Shown one piece after another: positions 12,243 through 23,804 of a DNA stretch of 64,000 nucleotides. Position numbers and translations under genes: made by a program. Under the pieces are notes generated by a model. That model ran no database searches and had not been told where the DNA came from. It worked only from the letters and a program-made list of their open reading frames with translations. Every line of letters starts with the position of its first letter. Positions within the stretch are counted from its first letter, which is position 1. The stretch is taken from assembly GCA_965644295.1 (NCBI GenBank), contig CBFFRP010000236.1, positions 1 to 64,000 on the forward strand, in the 5' to 3' direction. The stretch is from Paraphysomonas bandaiensis. Taxonomy: Eukaryota; Protista; Chrysophyceae.

Positions 12243-13850
12243 TCACCCTTATAGTGCTATGAACCTCAAGGGTATTGATGAGGGTATAGAGAGGGATAAG
12301 GAGAGTGAGTTGGAAGATAATGAAGTGGAATTATAAAGCAGTTGTGACTATAGAGTCACTCCTCAGTGTTCTATACCGCATATCCATATACTGCCCTGTG
12401 CATATATACACACACATACACATACATATACATACATACACATACATACACCATACAGGGGAGGGTCTGCAGGTAGCTGTCTACTATATGGGCACAGGGG
12501 CGGTATACATCTACAGTATACGCTATACGCCTATATACACACTACATGTACACACCTGGACCATAGAAGTGTTTGTACTACTGCTGTACAGTAGGCACAG
12601 CAGTACATACATATACTCACACTCTGTATCTACACACGGAGAGTCTGTGGTACAGTTGTACAGCAGAGTAGCTATAGATGTATGTACATGTACATATATA
12701 CCGTATGTAGGGTGGCGGTGCAGAGGTGCAGTGGACACTCTTCGTACATATGCAACAGATGATGGTCCACAAGATACAAAACAGAAGTTGTGCTGTGTGC
12801 AATAGATATGAGGACTAAGATCCATATCTAGATAAGGGTGTTGTTATTAGTGCGATGGCGAGGATGGAATCATCAAGTAGGGTGCGCACTATGCTGTGCT
12901 ATGAGGGGTACGTCCCAGATCGATTTCTTATTCAGGGATTAAACTAGCCAATACAACAGGTCGTGGACTGATGATATACCCCTCATATTAGCAGAGTATC
13001 CGTTCAGTGTTAGATAGATGTGATTCATGATTGTTGCAGCGAGGCACAGGCTGTTCGTGTCACATAACTGCTCAGGTGATAGCTGATCGGTACGAAACGT
13101 TTACACATTCTACCAGATACTGATATCAGGTATTTTACATACCATATGGCAGTATGTATGTGTAGTATGTGAGGATTCTGTAACACATTGAAGAGTAGAG
13201 TGTGGCGGATGAATCCGAATAATAGATGTCATTGTACTAGCACCATAGCGTGGGAGACGGGTAAACTGCTAGTTTATGAAATATATGTAGATATCAGAGT
13301 GCTCAATATAATTAAGTAGACTAGAAGTGGTTAACAACATTTGGAAGCTAGCTTTCCAATAAACTTGGTCCACATGGTCGAGCAACATATACAATACACA
13401 ATACTAGAGATTGTGAGATTGTTTCCTCGCCCTGTTGTAGATGCGAAAATTAATGCTATGTTATATGTTATCTAATCACTTTAATTCCTCTACAGCTTCT
13501 GCCGATATTACGTCAGTATAAAGTACATGTCCGTGATATCTTTTTCGTTTACACATATATTTAACTGCATGTAGTATTATAGTGCAATTCTATATTGCTG
13601 ATGCAATATTTCACTATAAACTGTTAAGCAGTATCTGGTGTATGGCCAAGATAGAGAGCTACTCAAAAGCAACCAACAGGTGTTTACATACATTGGTATT
13701 TATTCAGATTAACATAGCGGAATAGCAATAATACAGGACTACTTTCCAAAACAAGCATGACAACAGATGAAACGACTTTCGTGAGGTTCTGAGACGAGTC
13801 AACCACAATCAGCCAGCTGGATATGGCAACTTGGAATAAAAATCAGTATT

Positions 13851-14528
13851 TTATATTCCTAGTTTCTTCCGTTCTCCTTGAAGCTGTAACAGTGTACTAA
13901 GTTACGTGTCTAAAAACCGCATTCAACTGCTTACCACTTTAGTAATTCGCGTGAGCCCAGCACTGGAACACATATCGTTCGGTACAATATTTTCAGCACA
14001 GTACGGTGGTTTGACGACACATTGATCTAGAATTACAATATCGTTTCCTTCCCAGCGACAAGGAAACCTGACCGAAAATGAACACGAATAACAAAGTTAC
14101 TGTAGCACACTCACAAGAAACTCAATCGATCATATAATGTTTGAATCTTATCAGAAACTCCAGTATTTATATGAGCAATGCTCTGCTCGGCACTCTCGAG
14201 AGATGACTGCTCACGCTTTTGAAGTGCCTGTACACTGTAGACATACATATAACTAACAAATAAATCATTACAAAATAGTCTTACTTTAGAGCAATAGCAT
14301 TCTCATCCTCTGGCATGCTCCATTGTAAGTCACCATCAATTGACGAAACTTGTCCAGGAAATACTAACTTAAAAGAATCATCATTCTCTGTATGCATATA
14401 AAAGTTATGAATACATGAGAGATAGAATAGAAACAGCAGTTACCAAGCACTAATACTTTGGAGACTGGGTCAACTGCAACAGCACTTCCCTCTAAAGAGG
14501 ATCCACCATTTAAATTGACCTTAATCAT
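13851..14528 (-). CDS. LSM12-like protein (Sm-like N-terminus plus AD domain), multi-exon
   Basis: Spliced reading MIKVNLNGGSSLEGSAVAVDPVSKVLVLE...INTGVSDKIQTLYDRL...PCRWEGNDIVILDQCVVKPPY...LTRITKVLQGERKKLGI*. It is not in the ORF track because the exons are short. Confidence 0.8.
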
Positions 14529-14723
14529 GGTACAATTAATGGTTAGTCAAGTGATGACAATGGCGTGTGTTGTATTGGCTTCTATATATATACAGTCACA
14601 GTCACATGTATCATGCGTGTACACTGCTGTATACAGACAGACGACCAATAAGACTGACCTAAATATGCCGATTTCTATAATTTTCTGTTATAAAATCGTT
14701 TCTAACGCTTCTCCTCCACACAA

Positions 14724-14732
14724 AAACCCTAA
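14724..14732 (+). promoter_or_regulatory. Telo-box-like motif AAACCCTAA in the LSM12/RPS3A bidirectional promoter
   Basis: Exact AAACCCTAA about 250 bp upstream of a ribosomal protein ATG. Telo-boxes are known from plant r-protein promoters; function here is inferred. Confidence 0.35.
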
Positions 14733-14979
14733 TTTTCAGGTTTAAATTATTCTCTATGTCCTCCAAGTAGGTTTGTATATTATGCCTACAGTACTGTATA
14801 TCATAATTGTGGAGATAAAACAATTTCAGTTTATAATTCCCCTATGACGATTGAAGATCTATTGTGTGAGTGGGGTGTAAAGGATGGTGTCTATACCATA
14901 CAGGACGACTGTGTATGTATGTATATGAGTGGAGTTAAGTAACATAGTTGTGAAGGTTATTTGCTTGTGATTATCTACT

Positions 14980-16156
14980 ATGGCTATTGGTAAGAGGGAT
15001 AATTGATTTTCTGATAGAGATGTGATTGATGTGATGTAGGTAAGAATAAGAGGCTCACAAAGAGCCGCAAAGGCGGAAAGAAGAAGGCGTAAGTTACATA
15101 CCACCTACACTCCTCTTATCTTATATATACACACAGTGTGGATCCATTCAGCCGTAAGGAGACATACAGTGTCAAGGCTCCTTCCATGTTTTCTACCCGT
15201 AACGCTGGAAGAACCATTATCACTAAGACTATCGGCACAAGTATGTATATCGTCAGGTCGTGTCATAGTAGATCATCTTATTGCTATTATAGAAATCGCT
15301 TCTGAGGGATTGAAGGGCCGTGTGTTTGAAATCTCTCTTGCTGATCTCAATGGTGGTGATGAGGCCCAGGGATACCGCAAGATCAAGCTTGTGTGCGAGG
15401 ATGTCAATGGATATGATGTGCTAACCAACTTCCACGGCATGGACATCACCCGTGACAAACTCTGCTCCCTTATCAGAAAATGGCAGACCCTTATTGAGGC
15501 TTTTGTTGACGTCCGCACCACGGATGGATACTACCTCCGCCTTTTCTGCATTGGCTTCACCAAGAAGCAGAGCAACCAGCAGGCAAAGTCCACCTGTTAC
15601 GCACAGTCTGGCCAGGTCCGCGCTATCCGCAGAAAGATGTTTGACATCATGACTGAGGAGGCTTCTAAGTGCGACCTCAAGGAGCTTGTTCAGAAATTGT
15701 AAGTTCATTGTTACATTTTATACTTTATCCACCTGCCTATTGCAGTCTATTCTGCCACAGATGTCATCTGTATGTGATGATTACTTCTATTTGCCATGGA
15801 CTGCAGACATTATACGATATTTAAGGAACCTAGTAGTGATTTATATGATCTACCGAGGGCCAAAAATATCATACATTTTTACATATATCACTATTTATAT
15901 TTTTCTAACGATATGTGGTCGTAGCATTTCTATGCCCGAGTCTATTGGATTAGAAATCGAGAAGGCTTGCCAGTCTATTTTCCCTCTGCAGAATGTGTGC
16001 ATTCGCAAGGTTAAGGTGCTTAGAAAGCCCAAGTTCGACTTGGTTAAGTTGATGGAGCTACATGGCGATTCTGGCGAGGACACTGGTGCTGCTCTGGATA
16101 AGGCCGCTGCTGAGACCACAGTTCAGGCTCTTTCCGGTGCTGGAGGCAGACTTTAA
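14980..16156 (+). CDS. RPS3A: 40S ribosomal protein eS1 (S3a); introns 14990-15039, 15089-15136, 15241-15292, 15699-15924
   Basis: Spliced [28 protein letters not shown]...[14 protein letters not shown]...[27 protein letters not shown]...[14 protein letters not shown]. Confidence 0.97.
15739..15878 (+). ncRNA. Intronic box H/ACA snoRNA, snR34/U65 (SNORA65)-type
   Basis: Hairpin 1 TGCAGTC...GACTGCA, box H ACATTA (15807-15812), hairpin 2 GATATTT...AAATATC, ACA (15873-15875). Pockets CTGCCAC/GCCA and AGGAA/GCC complement conserved LSU UGGC-U-U-GUGGCAG and GGC-U-C-UUCCU. Each 3' pocket strand starts 14 nt before its box. Confidence 0.88.
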
Positions 16157-16646
16157 GCTCTTTAGAGTGCTACTATTGTCACATACACTTTTTGGAATCT
16201 AGATTTCGAGCACAGCCGTAATTAATCACAACACCTTCAACGATATATTTAATGGCTTCTGTAATAGTTATGTAGATTGAGTGATTATAAGATGAACAGA
16301 CTGATAGGTATATTTGCTTACTCTACGCTATCAATTACAACGTGACGACTTCATTCAGTTGCACTCTTTTCTATTTAGTGTTATCTTACTAGTCGTTGCA
16401 ATTGTATGGGCCGTATAATTATAAATTGAAAGCAGTAAATTGCTTCTCCCCCCTCAATTTTCAGCTTTTCAATTATGTCTTTATATCTTTACATAGTCCA
16501 TATTACACTTTACACTTACTCCAACGAGTTTATATAGGTAAACATGGTACACTGTTGTAGGCTGAGGTGAAGTACAGCAAAAAGTTTCAAGTCATAATAT
16601 ATCGATTAAGTAATATTAAAACGAATATTGTTCTCTCAAATCTATT

Positions 16647-19600
16647 TTATCTTTTCCATATACTCCAACTACTCGACACAGGTTTTTCCGACTCCTTCGG
16701 TTCTTCACGGAAGACTTTCATCAACAAATCAGTGGTATAGTCAGGCATATATCGGCATATCGCTGCAAAAACTCCAACAGCAGGCACTTCAGCCCTGGCC
16801 ACCTCTACATAACGATGTCTGTCCATTGCCTTCAGATACTTTACGCTTTTCACAGCAGTGATTCTAGTGTGCACTTTTTCCTTTGATATGTGCTCATTAG
16901 ATTCCATTGGAACCTGCCCAGACACGAGACTAAACTTATCAAAGCGCTTCTGCCAACCCTGATTGGATTGGAAAAGTGCCTCTATCAGAGCGTTGGCGAG
17001 GTCTGATGCCGTGCCCGGAGAAAGCGAAGCCATCACTTTACCATACGAGTGGTGGTCCGTACCATGATCTAATGTGTTGTCTTTCTGCATAGTTGCTTTC
17101 TCAAGAGCATTATATGCCAGAATAATAATTCGACATACAACACTGACTAATTGCAAAGTATTCATAAACTCCTCCGTCTCGGCAACACTCACGTGGAATT
17201 CGCTGTTTCCACTAGAGTTTAGAATTGGTGTATAATGCGCGTTTAGGTCAGAGCCACCTCTAGCACGCACATGTGTGCCGTTCTCACCTTTAGAAAGGTC
17301 CTTCCAATCTACCGCTAATAATAGCGACCTGGCACCCCTCAGGCATTCCACCGCTTCTTCCTTGCGGATTGGAATTGTCATATCACTGGGGAGATTACGG
17401 GCACCCATAAGAGACCATACGATCCCCTCTATGCGTGCCATATCTTCACCAGATGCAACCACACGTCTCTGAGAAGCAGACTCACTCAACGGGACACTTC
17501 CACAGAGCAAATCCAAAATTGCTCCTCGAAGTTTGTCCTCCCTGGGGTGTTCCCTAGCCGAGAAATTACGAAAGAGTAGGAGGTTAAGCGTAGGACGAAG
17601 CAAAGAGTGGTCATCAAGGTGGACGCGACCGAGAATGTCTTGGAAGGCCTCCAGATTCCAACATGCGCCTGCATGAAGATAGCACATGTGCTTTGATAAA
17701 ATTAGCTATTGTCATTCAAATAAAACAAAAGAGTCTACCTACCTTGAAAAGAATCATGGGATAGAAGAAATCTGCATCTGACATAGCGGGAAGCATACAT
17801 AATGTAGAACCATGCGCCTGAGCTGCGCATAGCAACAGAAGTATGAAAATACAAATCCTTCAATACAAACGACACACTACCTTGTCTTGCCTTTACCGTC
17901 ACTTGTTTGGCCATGACCTGAGAACTTGTTATTGGCCTCGACAGTAGGCGGGAAGATATAAACTGAGCGAGTGGGTAGAATTGCACAGTTACTCCTACAT
18001 GAAGTGCCAGAGCCTACAAATAACATCATATGTGAGTATAAAACAATTACGATGCTTAAAGTCTCACTTCTAAGTCATCCAATAGCATAGTAGTGATCCA
18101 ATCACTGTGTGCGACGATTACATTGCGATGGCCCGAGGATAGTACATCGCGGAACATGTCTTCGCATGAAGAGAAGCATTCCTTGGCAAAGACGTCTTCA
18201 TCTTCATCTTGAGGACAATAATTAAGTATCACAGTAACACAGGGAGCCGAGAAATTTCTAAGAATATTCAGTGGAAGCCTACGAATGTAACTAAGACAAC
18301 ACCACATGAATAATAGTTTTGAAAAAACTTACATCTGCCTGGGATGCAGAAGGGTAACAGTGGGGATTAACTCAACGCAATGTCTTCGACACACTTCATC
18401 TAATGAGCATATCTTTGTACCGAACATTATCTGGGTGCATTTCTATTATAAAATACAACGTGGTCTTATATATCTACCTCATCACAAGACTCCATCGACG
18501 TGGAGTCATCCTGGCAGTGTGGCACATCTACGGACAAAAATAGCTGGTTCACTCGTAGCACGGACAGCAAGCGAACCAAACTCTTCATGCCGGAAGACGA
18601 CGTACGAGTTGTACAACGGTATGACCACATCACTCCTCTATTGGGGATATCTGGCCAGTCTAGAACTGTCATCGGGGGAATGCGAATAGATTTCATGTTT
18701 TTAGGTGTGCTAGCACTAGTACCAGAGTTCACAAAATCTGCGTGGAGCTGAAGTATTTGCACAAACGTATGAACCGCATACATAATGCCCGTCGGATCAG
18801 AAGCAGTCAGTCTGGCCATTGATGAGTCTGATATCAGTGTATATTAGCCCAATATATATAATGTATAATCTATATAAGAAACAAGCCAGACTCACCAACG
18901 CGTATTTCAAATCTATGCCGCCCTGGACAAATATTCTGATCTATAGCCAATCTAATATCAGCTGTGGTACTTGATCTTTGTATTTGGGAGTACACTCCTA
19001 CGGTTTCTAGTGTTTCTATGAGACCAGACCATGTAAGTAGGGCGTATATGTCAATGTCTGGACTTGCAGTAGAGACGATAACGGGCTGTGTAGTAGATAA
19101 AACTAACGGTTGCGGACCGACGCCATCAGGGCGAAGAGTGTACTGTACTTGTCTCTGCGCGGGAGGCCAGAGAATGAGGTGCTTGGATGGATGAGACTCT
19201 CCTACGCCCTCAGCATCGGAGTCCGTTTCGTATCCACTCTCAGAGGGAAGGGAGTCCGAAGTTTCCAGCTCACTACTTCTTCCTTCCTCATCATTTCCAG
19301 CAGACGAAACACTTATACTATTAGTTGGATTAAACGAAGTTTGCTTTGGTTCATTAGTATCGGAGCATTGTAGCATAGCTGCTAATTCACCGTATTCACC
19401 ATGCTCTAAAGGGAGGAGATCCAGAGGTAGGCGATTCCTTGCATCCCGCAAAGAACGATCAGCTCCGTGATTCAGAAGTAATTCGATAAACTCCTTGTTT
19501 CCAGCTTTGCAGGCAATATGCAAACAAGTTTCACTCTCTGTATTGGCGATATTTACATCTATCCCTAGCTTCAGCAGTAGTTCCCCTACTGACTGATTGC

Positions 19601-20198
19601 CGAAAGAGCAAGCCCAATGTAGGGTTGAATCCTTGAGTTTTGTATCGTCCGTCAGGTCGACTGGAACACGTCCCCGCAGAAGACTTTCAATACCACTAAT
19701 ATTTCCCATGGCAATTTGCTCAAATGTGTAAACACGAAAGGCTTGCGTCGCGCCACCAGTTGAGACTTCATATGCAGTCTTCCCTTTGAACTCACCTTCA
19801 CGGGGCACTAGTGTTGGATCAGCACCCATATTCTACACAGTCATATGATAAGATAAGATTGAATGAAAGAAAGAAACATAAGGAGGATTACCAGAAGGGC
19901 TCGAACAGCATCAGAGTGCCCGTTAAATGAGGCAATATGCAGTGCAGTCTTTCCCTCATCATCAGCAGTTGATACAAACTCAGCTATATTAGCTCCATCA
20001 TTCTGTGATCGTAATGATGCTAATGCATGCTATAGAAGCCAATCATATGAATGAGATGGATAGATGATAGGATACGAGGGAATGTACCTGAATTATATCT
20101 GTACGGCCTAATTTTGATGCATGATACAACACTTGCATCTCCTCGCTTGATTCAAGAGGGCTGGATCGACCATTGCTTAATGATTGAATGTCTGTCAT
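16647..20198 (-). CDS. Ankyrin-repeat protein fused to a degenerate GH20 (beta-hexosaminidase)-like domain, multi-exon
   Basis: Ankyrin repeats (GKTALHIASFNGH, STLHWACSFGN, TCLHIACKAGN). GH20 domain-2/barrel entry ILWPPAQ...LTASDPTGIMYAVHTFVQIL...IPPMTVLDWPDIPNRGVMW...LSVLRVNQLFL. Confidence 0.75.
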
Positions 20199-20282
20199 GT
20201 CGGGAGAATGGAATTGATCCCGATAAAGTGGTTTATGTAGTGTATAGTGGAGTAGATATGAGAGGTATCATTAACACTTGTG

Positions 20283-20528
20283 ATGTATGTATGTATGTAT
20301 GTATGTATGTATGTATGTATGTATGTATGTATGTATGTATGTATGTATGTATGTATGTATGTATGTATGTATGTATGTATGTATGTATGTATGTATGTAT
20401 GTATGTATGTATGTATGTATGTATGTATGTATGTATGTATGTATGTATGTATGTATGTATGTATGTATGTATGTATGTATGTATGTATGTATGTATGTAT
20501 GTATGTATGTATGTATGTATGTATGTAT
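20283..20528. repeat. (TATG)n microsatellite, about 61 units
   Basis: Direct reading; perfect tract about 85 bp upstream of the ATG at 20198. Confidence 0.98.
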
Positions 20529-21298
20529 ATATGACTGTGTGTGTATGTATGTATATACCATACTGCTGTACATATATACGTGTATGTAGAGAGGAACTTG
20601 ATGGGCGGTATGTGCGGTGCAAGTGTACTCATCCACTGACATATATGTACTGCTGTACTACTGTGTAGTAGTACACTACACTTATACATACGATATCTAC
20701 ATATAAATTAACTGTATTTCTATGTACTAAACCAGTTCGACTCAGCATGGACGGTCATACAATGCAAACCGCACCCGCTCTCGTTCCGCTCGCGGAAGTT
20801 AAGTTGCATCTGGCCCGGTTAGTAGTACGGTGGGTGACCACGTGCGAAGTCCGGGTACTGTCCGTTTTTGCAGTATTTTTTATTATTATCGTTTTTTCAT
20901 TAGGATAGTGGTAAAAACCCCAAGTTTTGTCACTCTTCTTTGGATATCCGGTACATCATATACTGCTGTAGACCAACGACAGAATATAACAGCCAGTCTC
21001 CCAATATACGGGCTACATAACAGTACATCATAAGGGTGCAGTACAGTGTACTCACTATGTACACCAACTACAAGGTACATGTCGACCTCCAGTCCTACTC
21101 TATGATGCTGTACCAGTCATATATAACCACACCAGACATGATCACACTCCATATACACATAGAATGATCAACACTTAAATATATCTATACCCTCCTATCA
21201 CAATCGAACCCATAATTAACACTGAATTCAAAGGAATGAACAAATAGATTACACTACACTACAATTCACGGATTAGTTACATATAATTAGAGTATATT

Positions 21299-22853
21299 AT
21301 GGGAAGCTCAGCGAGTCAACTAACATCACTTCAAAGAGCTGAAATTACACGTGTTTTAAAGAAAGAATATGAAGCATGTAAAGAACAGAATATGAGTGAT
21401 GAAGCCGTTACAGTTTTATTAGTTCAAATGTTTGAAAGGAAAGTACAAGAAGTACAAAAGAATCCACTGACGATAGTGACTGCTAATGCTCGTCGATTGA
21501 AACGTGGTACGTCGAAAGCTGTACCGAAAACTCCTCAGCGACGTTCATATGATGATAAACCGACACCTACGCGGAAAGTGGATACAGCGAAGCCGACACC
21601 GACGAGGAAAGTGAGTACTATGGTATCCCGGTCACTCTCGGATACAACAGATGGATCAGTTGCTTTAGCACAATCTGCATCTGCTCCCGCTCTTGCCACC
21701 ACGTCAGAGGGAAACGAAGAGGAGGAAAAAACTGGTATGAAGTTTTGCTGTATAGTAATTAAACTTATTGAATATTTCAATTGTTAGACTCGTGGGATTC
21801 CGTGAAGGCCCAGCCTGCGTGCATGATATGCGGAATGGTTTTTCCCACCACCTCAAAACTAGATACTCATGTGAAGTATTCGGTGAGTATATTTTAAACA
21901 TGTCACGACGTTGAACTGTTTTGTTTGTTTACTTTTACTTCCCCGTAAATTGCTTCCTGTTGTGCTATTACGTCACTACTGCTGTAACAATAATTAATAC
22001 CGTGTAGTCGTTGCATGCCTCAAACCTGAAGAAAATGGAGGAACAACAGAAGGCTGAGGCTGAGAAAGCTGCTGCGGCAGAAGCTGGCGCTTCTTCCGAG
22101 CCGGAGGTGGTACAACAGGAACCAACTTCTAGGTGCCGTGTTCTCTACACCGGCAACAAATTTTTCTGGCGCACTAAGGACAACATCGATATCCACATAT
22201 ATCTCCACCTCAAACAAAGATGCTTGGAGGTTGTGGCGTATGAAGGAATTGCGAATGCAGAATTGCCGCGTCTATATTTGGATGAAACAAAACTATTCTC
22301 ATTGATTGGAGATTCCACTGTGAGACAGAAGGTGGCCGAGAGAAAGGAAAAAGAAAAATCAAAGAAGTTTCGCGAGAAATTACCGCCGGACAATATTCTG
22401 TTCGAGGACGAGAAGCGTTTGGCAATCTCCTCTCATATTATGTCTAAGCTTCAACTGTCCAATGATACCTCAAGAACGACCATCTACTCTAAGTACCTGA
22501 CTTATGCAGGTGATGCAGAAGGCGTGCTGCTTTCCGCCATGCCGAAGGATGTTATTCCTGTACACATACCAAGGCGCAGACACTCGTCGGAGGAAGAGTT
22601 CAATGAGTCATTGAAATCTCTTCAAAGTATGCAGGATGACCTCAAAGGGCTAACTGAACAAGCTGAGAAGATGGCAAATCTTATGACTCAGAGTGTTGGT
22701 GGATTTTCGAATGCCACGAAGAAGAAGAAACGACTCGAAAGTTTCTCCGTCCCCCGTCGCCGCTGGCTAATTGCAATCGATCGGGTATTGCTTCAGAATC
22801 AAGTTGCAAAGATCACCAAGCTCCTTGAATCATATGGTGACAAATACTTGTAA
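21299..22853 (+). CDS. Unknown protein with N-myristoylation-like start (MGSSAS) and one C2H2 zinc finger, 3 exons
   Basis: ORFs 21299-21787 and 22011-22853 are joined by a small exon encoding CMICGMVFPTTSKLDTHVKYS|SLH. Confidence 0.75.
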
Positions 22854-23416
22854 TTGAATTGTTTTATACCTGCCTGAACATGGTAGAGTGCACAGAACTT
22901 TTCTTTGTACTTCACCGTAGGTTGGTATTTCAGATGTATCATGAAAAGAAACTGCTTTTAATCTGAAAGGATATATGGTTGTACACCAATGGACTATTTA
23001 TACAGAGCACGAGTTATGGCTATGATTGATTATGTGATGAATTTAAATTTAAATATTATTAAATTTCGCATCCAATAAATATCTATATGCAGTATATTCG
23101 TACTAAAATCGAACCGTCTCATTGCTACAATACACAAAATATATTGCAACACTTCTAGAATGTAATTGCAAGATCCCATATTTCGAATGGAAACTACAAT
23201 CAACATTCTATTTGCTACTCACTAATATATTTGTTAGCTGCTCCATAAATATAATCTTGTCGGTGGTATGTTCGAGAAAATAAATTGCGACTTGTAGTAT
23301 ACTTTTGGGTGAAAAGGCGGTGGCTTGGGGTTTGCGGTAAATGATACATAAATAGATTTTAGTATTCAATGATTAAAAATTCACTTCAGTACTATGCATG
23401 ATTTAAACAATTCGTG

Positions 23417-23575
23417 TGAAAGTCTTATTATTAGCAGTAGGCGTCGAGAATCGTCACCAGATAAGGATAAGTAGTTAGATGAAGACTAGTCAAGCTAGAT
23501 CAACCTCTACCAGTAACTAACTAGTGTAAATTCTCATATCCTACTATTTAACGCTACAGAAGCTGCTTGTGCGTC
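23417..23575 (-). repeat. 3' fragment of the dispersed LTR-like repeat
   Basis: Reverse complement reads GACGCACAAGCAGCTTCTGTAGCGTTAAATAGTAGGATA...CTGCTAATAATAAGACTTTCA. Confidence 0.8.
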
Positions 23576-23804
23576 TTATATAAGTTGCGATTGTATATAG
23601 TAGTATAGTTTATTATGTATAAATTAGCGATAAGTTGTTGTGGAGGATAAGTTTACAAAGTACTATTTAGTGTTATACAATATACTTTTGTTTCTTTACA
23701 AGAATGCTACATATTACATATATGATATCAATATATATTTAGCTTTTCTCCAGAGTTGCAGCTAATAACACCATCTAATATACTCGAAAGGTCGTCATAT
23801 ATTG

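Noticed and set aside
12850-13520. Telomerase RNA, RNase P/MRP, U3 or hammerhead identity for the structured region
   Set aside because: No CCCTAA template and no CR-I/CR-V motifs; CTGATGA lacks a correctly placed GAAA core.
15772-15860. Box C/D snoRNA (U73-like) in the RPS3A intron, suggested by GTGATGA
   Set aside because: No downstream CTGA box D; the H/ACA fold with two matching guides explains the sequence better.
20051-20689. Long ORFs reading MYVC/HTYI repeats (also 25235-26101 and 57634-58130)
   Set aside because: Artefacts of stop-free (TATG)n microsatellites.
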